From: Vicugna vicugna
Taxonomy: Eukaryota
DNA: 64,000 nucleotides
Assembly (NCBI GenBank): GCA_013265495.1
Contig: MU058781.1
Span: forward strand, 10,645,009 to 10,709,008
Reading direction: 5' to 3'
Shown: piece by piece, positions 1 through 12,135 of the stretch
How the letters are laid out: every line of letters starts with the position of its first letter
Position numbering within the stretch: position 1 is the stretch's first letter
Notes under the pieces: model-generated
Told to the model about the DNA's origin: nothing
What the model saw: only the letters and a program-made list of their open reading frames with translations
The model's database searches: none
Position numbers and translations under genes: made by a program

Positions 1-438
1 TTTATACTGGAGTTTGTTTTAATCAGATGACAAATGTGGAGAAAACTGCCTTTGAAGGAAGAATTCATTACTTTCTGAGAAAGGGACATGTCACCTCGTG
101 CAGGACCAGATGGTCAGTCACCAGATTTTGCCAAGAGGAAGAGGCAAGAGTCAGGAGGTTAGAGTTTTATTGGGGTTATCCATAGGATAAATGACTTAGG
201 ATTGGCTAGTTTCAATAATTCAGGTGGGATTTTGGGCATGAGGATCTGTCACACATGGCCCTGGGTTGATTTAGGTCAGGGGAAGTACTGCCTTGGTGGG
301 TGGGTTAGCTAAGAAAGAGGTTCATAATATGGGCTATAAAAGGCAGGGGAAGTAAACAACTTTGACTATTAGTTTAGCTCTGTAATAAATGGGTACCAGA
401 TAGACAAATATAGAATCTAAGAAAGCACAGTTAGAACA
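1..438 (-). mobile_element. ERVL-type solo LTR fragment (MER54/MER74-like group), truncated by window start
   Basis: Minus strand starts TGTTCTAACTGTGCTTTCTTAGATTCTATATTTGTCTATC; internal GGATTGGCTAGTTTCAATAATT resembles this ERVL LTR group; subfamily uncertain. Confidence 0.5.
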
Positions 439-479
439 CTGCTATCCTGTCTACTTCAATTTAAAAAAACAATTTTAAC

Positions 480-1420
480 ACATATTCATCTCTCAAATCT
501 CGACTTCACTAGATTCTGCAAGCTCGCTCTCTCTACGTATATATATATGTATATGCCTATTACATAGCTATTGAATACCTCAATGCCAAGAATTCACAGT
601 TGAAGTTGTCATCCATGCCCTCTAAACCTGAGCTTTGTCCTCTCTTCCCTGCTTTGATTGTTGTCATCATTATGCACCCAATCACTCGAATCATAAATCT
701 GGAAGACAGCATTGCCTTTTCAATCTTCCTTATATGTATGAGCAATCATCAATCCCTTCTGTCTTTACCTTTTAAATATTTTTTTGATTCTGTACACTGC
801 TTCCAATTCATGATCTTTAATCTATCAGTCTGACTCTCATTGCATAACCTTGTCAAAGGTCTCTCTCCTTCTGTTTCCATGGGATATGAACTCTGTTATG
901 TCCTTACTTGTCATATTTAGTGGCTCCTCATTACCTCCAGGGCAAGCCCAAGCTGCTTAGCATAACACCCATGTCCTTTTGTGGTAACATATGTAATTAT
1001 TTTTTCCCAGTCTTATTTTCGACTGACTTTCTTTTTGTAATTTATGCTCAATAGTTAAATACTTCTGTTGCCATTAAAAAAAAAAACTATGTTATTTTGT
1101 ACCTCTCTACTGCTATCCCTTCTGCCTGCGTTTTTTAAAATGTCCCCTACTCCCGCCCATCAGTTTAGCATGTTCTTTTATTTAAATTTCCTTCAAAACC
1201 AGCTCAGGCATTAATTTCTTTTGAAAAACATCCCACCATTTTCCTCTCTACTACTTCATGGTTTCGTATTTTTTAAATTGCAATTCCCCTAATGTGTAGT
1301 AAACATGCTTTCCACCCTTAAACCACTTCCCTTAATCTTCTTAAGGGCAGGACTGTTACACTTCTAAATCTTACTGACTCCTATCTATAGTTTGTTTCCT
1401 GAACTAAGCTTAAATGAATT
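480..1420 (+). mobile_element. LINE-2 3' remnant
   Basis: Pyrimidine-rich decayed L2 motifs (AAACCTGAGCT..., CACCCAATCACTC..., ..TTAAGGGCAGGACTGT.., terminal AAATGAAT). Confidence 0.6.
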
Positions 1421-2853
1421 CAAAAAATTCCAGGACACGACACAGATCGGGGCTTGCAAAAATAAGTTATGTAGCAATTTTGTTCCTAATAGAGAAGCAG
1501 TTTTTCCTGGTAAGTCAAGTACAACTATTTTTTTACCTTATATGTTTTTTCCCCTTTATTTTCTGGTTCTACTTTTAGACAATTTTACAGCTTCTACAGA
1601 GCAAACAAAGCTCTGCTTATTAATATGTAGTACACTTTATGCTAAACCAACAGTACCCAAGTATCTCCCTCTTAGAGGATGTATGGAGAGTGAGAAGAAT
1701 GCTGAGAAAGCAGTTCATGTGTAGGACACAAACAAGAATTGCAGAACGGGGTGTTATACTGGACCCTAAAATCCTCTCAAAACATAATCCTATGATTTAA
1801 GAATCCCTTTTAGAAAAAAATAAAGAAAAATTCTCCATGTAAAAAGTAATCAGGTTTAAGAAAAATCCCACAATAATGTACTTATTTATTTATTAAATAC
1901 ATTCAATCATGTATTTTAAACTACAGGCGTCAGTTACCATGTATTTACCTCTTTGGAGAGTAACTAACTCTGCTGTTTATCTTAAGCTATGTTACTAGGT
2001 AAATGACCCAATATTCTTGCCAACAATAAATTCCTTGACCCAGTATCCCAAGCATTGCCTTTCTTATTCTCTCCTTAGGTAAACTGTCATCTCCTCAAGC
2101 TGGATGTTTCTAAAAAAGATTTTCTGTAAGGAGCAATGTGTTTTTAAAAATGTATATAAAAGACAAAATGAAGACAGATAAATTGATATCTGATAGTAAA
2201 AATAAAGATAGTTTTAATATTATGGACTTCTTAAAATTACACAGAAAACATGGTAGTACATCATGTTTCCTGGATTCCTAATTCTATTAAGTATTTAAAA
2301 AAAAGAATCAGTGTTCAGTATTTATAAGAACAAATGGAGAAACAATATTTTAAATTTTTATTTAAAGATATTTTCCTTGTATATCCCAATATTGATTCTT
2401 GAGTAAGATGGTCTAATTATGCTAACTAAAATGCTATTTGAAAGTATATTCATTTCACTAAAAATCAAATGACCAGTTAAAATTATTTTAAAATTTAACA
2501 GACCTCTTAAGAGTAAAAAAAAAAAAGTTAAATACTCAATGATTCAGCTAAGCAAAGACTTACATTCTGCAAAACTAGAAAAAATAAGTCATTAGACTTT
2601 GGTATTAATAAACCAGTCCAGAATGTCTAATATCTGAATGATAATGGTTCCCTAAGAGAAAACAAAAGAAAAAAAGTGGAAAAATAATTCAAGAACTTTT
2701 CTCACCAATAGCATATCATCATGAAATTTTAGATTTCCAATAACAGGAGTAGATTTCATAAAGTTCTTAAAACTAGGTCATGATCTCATGATTAAGAATC
2801 AGAATAAAGTACATTAATGTGTTTCTTTTTCTAAATAATCCTTCTGCATGCTA

Positions 2854-3000
2854 TTTTTTTTTAATTATTGAAGTGTAGTTGATTTGCAATGTTAGTTTCA
2901 GGTGTGCAGCAAGGTGATTCAATTATACATGTACATATGTATATCTTTTCAGATTCTTTTCCATTATATTTTATAATAAGAAATTAAATACAGTTATCCC
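2854..3000 (-). mobile_element. Short L1 3' end (cetartiodactyl/camelid type)
   Basis: Poly-T then ATTGAAGTGTAGTTGATTTGCAATGTT..TTTTCAGATTCTTTTCCATTATA; reverse complement matches the L1 ends at 7300-7440 and 33840-34024. Confidence 0.8.
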
Positions 3001-3049
3001 TCCTAGCTCTCTTGTATTGCAAATAAATATTTTCCTATAAGTAAGAAAA

Positions 3050-4380
3050 AAAAAAGAATCAGAATGACTAGATTTTATTGGCACCACTGAAAGCAAGAAA
3101 ACTTTACCAAAATGAGGGAATCAACCAAGAACTAATATAAAATGGAACAACAACACCAAAAGGAGAGAGATTCATCCAAGACAAAAAGAGACGAGGATAT
3201 TCAGGTTGGTAAAGATGGAAGAGCCTAGGGTGAGCACCGAACACCATGTGCAGAGGACAACCAGTTGAAACTGGAGCAGTATAACCCAAAAGATCATGAT
3301 GTCCTCTACTTGTCATGCAGTCTTTTTAGCCTGCTAACACTACTGCAGAATGGGTTTGGCCAATATACAAAACTGGACCAATAAAGAGGATGGTGTGAGA
3401 ATCCTTCATTAGGGACGCCAACACGAAGTATGGTGAAGGATGACAGCAAAAGAAGTCTTAAGACATTGCTCTGCAGTAGTCCTGAAGAGCAACCAGCCCA
3501 AATAAAAGGATAATTGATGTTTTCAGGAAAGATATTTTCAATAAAAATATAAAATTATAGCCTAACTGGTATTATTAATAGTGTGGTAAATTATAGTGAG
3601 AGGCTAAGCTGTGAGAAAATATACAGCAACACAATATCAAAAGACAATGGTTTAGTGTCTACCAAGCAGTTAATCTTAGAATACTTATCACTCTAAGTAT
3701 AGAAAGGCAATAGGCAAATTTTCTCAAATAAGAAAAACTCTCAGAGAATATAGCATATGTAAGCACTTTGCAGACAGTTGGAAAGGGGGAGATGATGAAA
3801 TTCATCCAAGCAATAGGTAAATAAAAACATAAAGAACATAGGAATTGAGAAGCTGGTAGGGAACACTGAAACTTTTAATTATACAATTGTGATAAACAAG
3901 TGAAAGAATTATGATTACAAATACAAGTAGAAAAGTAATTTTAAAACACTGAATGTAAGAGTGTGGATGTCCCATTCCTTAATTTCTTTCATTCCTACTA
4001 ACTGGAATTAAATAATGTTTAAAAAATGACTTCAGTTTCTTAATGTTTTTCATGATCTTTTACCTTTAGATTTTATTGCAATAATATCTCTTGCAGGAAA
4101 GAAAAAGTTAAAAATTTTTAATTTGAAGATTCTAGACTTTTATTTTATTTTTCTTCTGTTAAATGCAAGTAAACTAATATACACTACTTTTTATTTTTTT
4201 AAAGCATGTGTGTATCATTCATTTTTATGGAGTTATTTCTATTTATTTAGGTAGCAAAACTCTCTGAAATCATGTGTTAGCATTGGTTACTTCTAGAAAT
4301 GTAAGAAAATATATTACTTTCTTTGTGTTTTTACATGTTTAATACAGGGATCATGGGTCACTGTCATAAAAAATTAAGCC
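3050..4380 (+). mobile_element. Ancient L1/HAL1-like remnant
   Basis: A-rich decayed ORF1-like segments (AATCAGAATGACTAGATTT..CACTGAAAGCAAGAA; CTTAGAATACTTATC..CTCAGAGAATAT). Confidence 0.35.
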
Positions 4381-5451
4381 ACTATTTAAAAATTTTAATT
4401 TGTAAGTCTCAGCTTACAGAATATAGGGTAAAAAATTACCTCTTAAAACTTAAAGAAAGCAGAAAACTCATATAGTCCATTCTTTGGAACAGTGATAAAA
4501 GCTGTGTGACACATGACAAGGAGCAGACAATACAAAGCTTCAATGAAGCTGATCACTTTGGAAAGGAAATAATTTGGTAGGACTTGAAAATAAGTATACA
4601 GCCTGGGTTAGCATATTAACTTTTCTCCAAGCGTGCATCTCTGGAGTATATGTGGAATGCCCACCTTAAGCTCTGTTTTGAAATATTCAGAGTTTGATGG
4701 AAACTAATTTAATAGGTCCCCACTGGCATCAGGAGCTGTCAACACAAAACTTACTCACTAGTGAGGGAGAATACTTCTGACCTTCTCTATAGAGAATGAA
4801 ACACTTCTGGAATAGCAAGAGGGCATCTATTCTTAGAGAAGTCCTGTCAATTAGAGCCCTCCTCTGACAGCGCTGAGAATATGTGAACCCAGCAAAGTTC
4901 CTCAAGACTTTATTCTGAGTAAGTGTGTCCATATGGTGAGGTCATATCAGCCAAGCAGATAAGAGACACAGACCCTCATTTCCATATGTTCCTTCAGGGA
5001 GAGAGAGAAAGTTGACCAACAACCACTGAAATCCCTACATGTCATTAATTTGAAACAAATTGCACTCGTGTTGACAAGTAATGGGAGAAGTTGAACAGAA
5101 TCACACATCCCTAAGCAGAAATGCATTATTAGTGGGTCTGATAGGGCCTTATTTTCAGTTATCAATGCATTGTTTATACAGTTGAGATATAATGCCTTAG
5201 CTTATTTACCTTGCCTAGAGTCTGTTTTATAAACCCACCCACTGCATTCTCTTTTCCACCTGTAATATGTGGCTCAGATAGCATCATTCCATTCTCCCAA
5301 CATGGAATATACTCCTCCTCTCTGCTGTCTATCTAAATTCTTTCCACTTTCAAGGTTTTGCTTAAGTCTTATGCAACTGTGCCATTTCCCAATTCCACCT
5401 TAGACTGATACCTTCCCCTTTCTGATCCGATGTTACATCAGCTGTCAAGAG

Positions 5452-5617
5452 ACAGTATGGGTTAAGTGTTTGGGCTCTGCTGTTAGATGGCCTAGCACCA
5501 TATTTACCATCTTGCGAGTTTCATCAGGTTATTTAATATCTTTGTTTTTGTTTCCTCATCTGTAAAATGTAGCCCAGAATTGTCACAATTAAATGAGATT
5601 ATATCTGCAAAGCATTG
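5452..5617 (+). mobile_element. MIR SINE
   Basis: MIR core GTTTCCTCATCTGTAAAATG followed by ATTAAATGAGAT. Confidence 0.75.
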
Positions 5618-5631
5618 CTGTTGTTACTGCC

Positions 5632-6510
5632 ATTTTCAAATTGAGATAATTGACATGCAACATTGTCTAAGTTTAACATGTACAACATGTTGATTTGATA
5701 CATTTATATATTACAATATGATTAGCTAATACCTCCATCACATCACATAATTATCATTCCATTTTGGGGGTGAGAACAATTAAGAGCTAGTCTCTTAGCA
5801 ACTTTGAAATTTATGATAGAGTATTATTAACTATAATCACTATGCTGTGCATTAGGTTTCCAGATCTTAATTTATCTACTAGTTGCAAGTTTGTACGCTT
5901 AAAGATTTCCCCAATTCTCACACTCCCCTATCCCCAGTAACCACCATTCTACTCTGTTTCTACAGGGTCAGCTTTTTTGATTCCACATATAAGTGATCAT
6001 AGAGTATTTGTCTTTCTCTGTCTGATGTATGTCACTCAGTATAATGTCCTCAAGGTCTGTCCATGTTGGTGCAAAATGCAGGATTCCCTTCTTTCTCATG
6101 GCTGAATAATATTCCATTGTGTGTGTGCGTGTGTGTGTGTGTGTGTGTGTACCACATCTTCTTTATCCATTTATCTGTTGGTGCATACTTAGGCTGTTTC
6201 CATATCTTGGCTATTGTGAATAAATACATGGGAGTGCAGACATCTTTTTAAGATCCTGTTTTTATTTCCCTTGGATATATACTTCAAAAGTAGATTGATG
6301 GATTTTTCATTTTTGAAGAACCTTCCTACTGTTTTCCATAGTGGATGCAACAATTTACATTCCCATCAATGTGTAGGAGGGTTCCCTTTTTCCACATCCT
6401 CGTCAACACTTGTAATCTCTTGTCTTTCGGATAATAACAATTCTAAAAGGTGTGAGGTGATATCTTGTGGGTTTTGATCTGCATTTCTCTGGTGATTAGT
6501 GATGTTGAGC
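5632..6510 (-). mobile_element. L1MA-type 3' fragment (L1MA9-like)
   Basis: Antisense L1 3'UTR/ORF2-end motifs: GATTCCACATATAAGTGA, TTTATCCATTTATCTGTTG, CCATAGTGGATGCAACAATTTACATTCCCA, GGTGTGAGGTGATATCT. Confidence 0.85.
6118..6150. repeat. (TG)n microsatellite inside L1
   Basis: TG dinucleotide run with one CG interruption. Confidence 0.95.
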
Positions 6511-6814
6511 ATAATTTCAACATCACTAATCACTAATGTGTGCCAGCTTAGTTTTCCAGAAAGGATTGCAAACTTCCTGGTGTCAAAGCCATTTCTGATG
6601 TCTAGCATGATAATAGGCACTGAGTAGCTATTAAATAAATACTGATTCATTTATTTCAGTCTGATGTTTCCCCAAAAAGTGCTGGACCAGAAAAGAGAAA
6701 ACCAGGCTTATTTCCCCCCTAGATTGCTACCAATCAGTGGCAAGGAACAGTGCTCTTTAAAGAGTCACTGCCTTTAGGGCCTTCAGTGTCATCACTGATA
6801 AAAATAAAGGAAGT

Positions 6815-7448
6815 CTATACCGTATGATCCAGCAGTTCCACTCCTGGGCATATATCTGGAGGAAACTCTAATTCAAAAAGACACATGCACCCCAATGTTC
6901 ATAGCAGCACTATTTATAATAGCCAAGATGTGGAAACAACCTAAGTGTCCACTGATGGATGATTAGATACATATATACATATACATATACATACACACAA
7001 TAGAATACTACTAAGCCATTAAAAAGAATGAAATAAAGCCATTTGCAGCAATATGGATGGACCTGGAGATTGTCATACTAAGTGAAGTAAGTCAGAGAGA
7101 GAAAGAAAAATATCATATAATATCACTTATATGTGAAACCTAAAAAAATGATACAAATCAACTTATTTACAAAAAAGATTTACAGACATAGAAAACAAAC
7201 TTACGGTTACCAAGAAGGAAAGGTGGGGATGGAGGGATAAATTGTGAATTTGGAATTTGCAGATACTAACTACTATATACAAGATAGATAAACAACAAGG
7301 ACCTATTGTATAGCAATATTTTGTAATAATCTATAATGAAAAAGAACATGAAAAGGAATATATATATGTATAACTGAATCACTATGCTATACACCAGAAA
7401 TTAACACAGCATTGTAAATGGACTATACTTCAAGGAAAATAAATAAAT
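6815..7448 (+). mobile_element. L1 3' fragment (ORF2 C-terminus plus 3'UTR), camelid/cetartiodactyl type
   Basis: TATGATCCAGCAGTTCCACTCCTGGGCATATATC, ACACATGCACCCCAATGTTCATAGCAGCAC, end CATTGTAAATGGACTATACTTCAA plus A-rich tail. Confidence 0.9.
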
Positions 7449-8538
7449 GTAGGATATCTAAATTTTGTAGAAAGATTGTAGACAGAGCAAATCTTCTATG
7501 GGAACTATATAGATGATAGCTTATAAACAGAGCAAAGATACTAGAGGGAAGTTACTTTGGTATCTACTTTCTCTAAAGGTAAAACTGTATCTTCTTTTGC
7601 ACAGTAAAAAGACAAAGTAAACAGTGCTTAGATGCTTAATAACAAAGGAACACCTACCCTCCAAAGATAACTCTTTCTCATCAAGCAGAGCTGAGCGTAA
7701 AAAATTTAACATATGTCAAAACATGTCTTGGAGACTGTCCAGAGCAGTCTGTAAAATTCTGTGAGTTTTCAGACTCCAGGCAGAGGCTTCTGACGTGGTA
7801 TGTTCTGGCTGTGTGCATCTCATGCATTTTTTAAAGCTCTGCTTTAAATGCAGGTTTATCAATAAAAATGCCACTAGAAAACAGCTTTGAAATTTTAATC
7901 TCTTCCTGAAATAAAAGATGTCCTCAAGGCAGGCCTGGAATTGATTGTGTCTGAATACCATCCACTTTCATCATACAAGAAATTGTCTTACGGCTGCTAA
8001 ATCCTAATTTTGCAAAAGCTAAAAAAAAAAAAAAGCAGCTCTGCATCTCTCATCATCAAAAGCAGCATAATTTAAGCCTTTATTGTGTCAGTCATGAATT
8101 GTCTCTCCTGTAAGCTCACAATGTCAAAATAGTCTTTCAGATTAATGAGGATCCTTACAATTACCGAGTAGAAACCATCATGGTGCATGGTAGAGCCTGT
8201 CTAATGGCAGAAATTACTGTGAATGTTAATGCCTTAGTCAAGAATTACAAGAGGAATTACTGCTGTCGCCAAATCCAAATGGGCCCACAACCAGAAGATG
8301 GACAGCTCTGCCATCTTTCAAAGTGATTCTGGGTAGAAGGGGAACTACAACGGGGGATTTTTTAATTTATTTTTTACATATTGTATGTAATACCTTAGAC
8401 TCCCTAGGGAGTTGGCAAAAAGTTTTTTTTTTATAACTTTAATCCTTTACAGGATACAATGTTTTCACTAACTAGCTTGCACATATAGAGTTGAAACGTG
8501 TATCTGATTCTCCCATTTAAAACAATTATTTGTTTAAA

Positions 8539-9237
8539 TTTTTATTATACAATTTTAAAGGTTACTTTCCATTTACAATTATTACAAAATATTGGCTATG
8601 TTCCTCGTGTTGTACAATACATCTTTGAGCCTATCTTACACTCAGTAGTTTGTGCCTGCCCCCACTGTTATATTGCCCCCTCCCACGATTATCCACTAGT
8701 TTGTTCTCTATGTCTGTAAGTCTGCTTCTTTTTTGTTATATTCACTAATTGTTTTATTGTTTAGATTCTACATATAAGCAATATTATACAGTATTTGTGT
8801 TTTCATGTCTGACTTATTTCACTTAACATAATGCCCTCCAAGTCTATCCATGTTGCTGCAAATGGCAAAATTCATGCTTTTTTATGGCTGAGTAGTATTC
8901 CATTATATATATATACACCACAACTTCTTTTTCCATTCATCTGTTGATGGTCACTTAGATTGCTTTCATAGCTTAACAGTTGCAAATAATGCTGCTATGA
9001 ACATTGGGGTGCATGTATCTTTTTGAATTAGTATTTTTGTTTTTTTCAGATATATACCCAGGAATGAAATTGCTGGGTCATATGGTAGTTTTATTTTTAG
9101 TTTCTTGAGAACCCTCCAATTTACCCCCACCAACAGTGTAAAAGGATTCCCTTTTCTCCACATCCTTGCCAACATTTGTTATTTGTGTTCTTTTTTATAG
9201 GTATGAGATTATAGCTCATTGTGGTTTTGATTTGTAT
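8539..9237 (-). mobile_element. L1 3' fragment
   Basis: ORF 8966..9175(-) gives LPYDPAISFLGIY...TCTPMFIAALF, the L1 ORF2p C-terminus; L1 3'UTR motifs follow. Confidence 0.9.
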
Positions 9238-9420
9238 TAGCCTCCAGACACATATAACTATATAAATTTAATTAAGACAAAAAAATTTTCAAATTCAGTT
9301 TTTCAGTTGCACTAACCACATTTCAAGTACTCCATAGGCACCCATGTCTAATGTCTACCAAATTGGACAGTGCAGACAGAAAACATTTTCATTGTCATAG
9401 AAGTTCTATTGGACAATACC
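9238..9420 (-). mobile_element. MER3 (hAT-Charlie) DNA transposon fossil
   Basis: CAGTTGCACTAACCACATTTCAAGTACTC..TTGGACAGTGCAGA..AGAAGTTCTATTGGACA matches the reverse complement of MER3. Confidence 0.8.
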
Positions 9421-9489
9421 ATTTTAGAATGCGAGCATGGGGACCATTCTGTGTCTCTTACTGTCTAAAGAGAAAAGCAGGGGAAAACC

Positions 9490-9970
9490 TGTAGTGGGTT
9501 GAATAATGACACTCCCCCCAAAAATATCCAATTTCTGACTCCTCATTTTTTATGGATCTGACCTGCTTTGAAAATAGGGTCTTTGCAGATGTAATTAAGT
9601 TAAGGATTTCAAGAGGAGATCATTCTGGATTTATGACAGTCTCATAATCCAATGACTAATGTCTTTACTAAAAAACAGGAGAGGAAGAGCAGAGACACAG
9701 AAACACAGAAGAGGAGACTATGTGATGATGGAGGCAGAGATTGGAGTGCACCTCCAAACTGAAGAATGCCAAGGATTGTGGGAAATCACTAGAATCACTA
9801 GGAGGGAAGCAGGGAACAGATTCTTGTTCAGAGATTCCAGGAGGAACCAACCCTACTGACTTCTTGGCTTCAGACTTGAAATGTCCTTAAATGCCAGAGA
9901 AGAAACATCTGTTGTTCAAAACCACCAAGTTTATGACAATTTGTTATAGCAGCCCTAGAAAACTAATGCA
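9490..9970 (+). mobile_element. MaLR solo LTR (MLT1C-like)
   Basis: TGTAGTGGGTTGAAT...GGGTCTTTGCAGATGTAATTAAGTTAAGGAT...GCAGCCCTAGAAAACTAATGCA; TG..CA termini. Confidence 0.85.
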
Positions 9971-11074
9971 ACTACCCTTCTCATAACAAAGGAACATTTT
10001 GAGGATGCTACAGTTGCAACAGAGGGAATCAAATGTAGGAAATTCTTTACACAGGTGGTGAGAGTTGCTGACAGTCAACAGAATGCAGTGAGCTAACTAG
10101 ATTAGCAGTAGTTGGAACCCACCACCACACCAGACTGGAGAGATGAAGGGGAAAGAAAATTACTGAGAATTTTCTGGAGCCCAGAGCTAAATGTACCTGC
10201 CTCAAGCAGGCATACAGCAATCCTGAAGCCGTGGAGGAGATGTGCTGGCCTTATTTTAAAAGGACAAACTCTAGGGAAACTCACGCAGTTACATACCCTT
10301 TCAGTTGACTTGACATAGAATACATTATTATAATAAAAATTTTCAAATACAGTATTTTTTTCTTTATCCCTCCTTCTAAATACCCCAGTAGGTAAGAATA
10401 CAATATATCTTCCTTTTACCCTAATTTCTCCAGGTACTTTCCAAAGCTCAGATCAAAGTACATTCCCTACCACCTCAGAACATTCTGACTATGCTGTTTA
10501 GAGCACGGCATACTTCTGATACTCTTTTCAAAAAATTACTCTAAAAACAAATGGACTTTCTTTTCCTGCACACCCAATCCCTGGCTTGGGTGCTTGCCTG
10601 ACTTCAGGGCTTGGGAACTTGATGCCCATCGTTGCCTTTTTGTTCCCCATACAGTCCCTTCAGCCTGTATCAAATCACCTTACTTTTCCCACCACTGGGG
10701 TTCCCTTTATTTTCCTTTGTATTACCATGTCCACACATGGAAAATGCTTTTTATGCTTTTGTGTCAGGAATCTTTGCCTCTGCTCTGAGATGTTCTTCTA
10801 ATTATTAACTTTGCCTTGCGTCTTTAAATTCCCCCAAGCTCTTATTTCCATTTTAAATGACTTCGGTGACTATGGACCAGGGCTTATTTAGGTAAGAGTG
10901 TGTTTAAGGGAGAAAATGTTTTTCTTCCAACATCCAACACCCAATCGATTTTAATTGTCTAACTTTGTGGATCATTTGTATATGTAAGTGTAAGACTTCT
11001 AAACTCATGGGATGTTGTGAGATCCTTGAGTTATCCTTGAGTAATGACAAGAGAAGTAATGAAGCTATGAAGTT

Positions 11075-11290
11075 ATGAAGAATATGGAGTCTGCAGATAG
11101 ACTACCCTGGATTCCAACCCAGCTCTGACATTTACTTGCCATAGAATAGCAGACAACTCATTAAGCCCTCTCTGTCCCAGTTTCCTTACCTCTAAATAGG
11201 GCAATTAAAGTACCTGTCACATAGGTTGCTCAGATTTAGCTAGATAATATTTGCATCATATGTAGAACACAGTGTTTAATTAATGTTATC
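11075..11290 (+). mobile_element. MIR SINE
   Basis: CCTGGGATTCCAACCCAGCTCTGACATTTACT..CAGTTTCCTTACCTCTAAATAGGG. Confidence 0.75.
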
Positions 11291-11509
11291 TAAGGTGCTA
11301 TTCTTCTTTTTCTTATTATCATTACTACTATTATTAAGAATTAGGATGAGAACCATGGGTGGTGATGGGAAGAGGTAAGTTTAAACATGATCAGGGCGAC
11401 AATTTGAAAGATGGAAAATTCACGAAAGGTATGAAGGAAAATAGCCTAGGATACCTTGGTTCTGAGATGTAGACATCAAAGACATTTAGGATATCGAACC
11501 TAATCATGT

Positions 11510-11625
11510 GCATAGCCCTATTCAAGGCTTTAAAAAATATATATTATCACACACAATCCTCACACCAAGCCCATAAAGTAGAGCTTCACACCCTTATTTC
11601 ACACATGAATAGATTGAGGTTCAGG
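11510..11625 (-). mobile_element. MIR fragment
   Basis: AATCCTCACACCAAGCCC..ATTTCACACATGAATAGATTGAGGTTCAG. Confidence 0.55.
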
Positions 11626-11640
11626 AAAAAATAAATACGG

Positions 11641-11890
11641 CATAACAGAAAACATGAGGGCTTTCTATCCAGGCAGACACAAGTTTTAATCTTAGCTCTA
11701 CTGTTTAGCAGTCCTGTGATGGTATGAAGATCAAATGATCTTTCAGAGCCACAAAGTTTTCATTTGTAGTTTGTCAATAATACCACTTCCACCACAGAAT
11801 TTTGTAGGAATTCAAGGTGCTTGTATGGATCTTTGAACAGTGCTCCAGTGTATAATAGCCTCTCAGTAAATGGTAGTTACTTTATTGTTG
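11641..11890 (+). mobile_element. MIR SINE
   Basis: TTTTAATCTTAGCTCTACTGTTTAGCAG..CTCAGTAAATGGTAGTTACT. Confidence 0.65.
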
Positions 11891-11999
11891 CATTATTATA
11901 AGCATTAATACATAAGCCAGGGGTACCTGGTGCCCTTGCTAAAGGAATCACCTAATTACATGCTGCCAGAGAGGCTGAACTTCCCTTCCATAGGATCAT

Positions 12000-12135
12000 G
12001 CGTACAATTGAGTTTCTTCCTTGTTAGAAGAAAAGCTCCAAATGGGCAGGGACTGTATTTATCTCTCTATCGTATCCCCAGTGCCCATCTTGCACACTCG
12101 GGTGCTGAAAAATGATTGCATATCTGACTGGCTGA
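12000..12135 (+). mobile_element. L2 3' end
   Basis: AAGCTCCAAATGGGCAGGGACTGT..GTATCCCCAGTGCCCA..GGTGCTGAAAAATGATTG. Confidence 0.65.

Noticed and set aside
1490..2135. Splice-like sites (CTG|GTAAGT at ~1509; CTCTCCTTAG| at ~2078) as coding exons
   Set aside because: No recognisable peptide and no coherent exon chain; such sites are common by chance.
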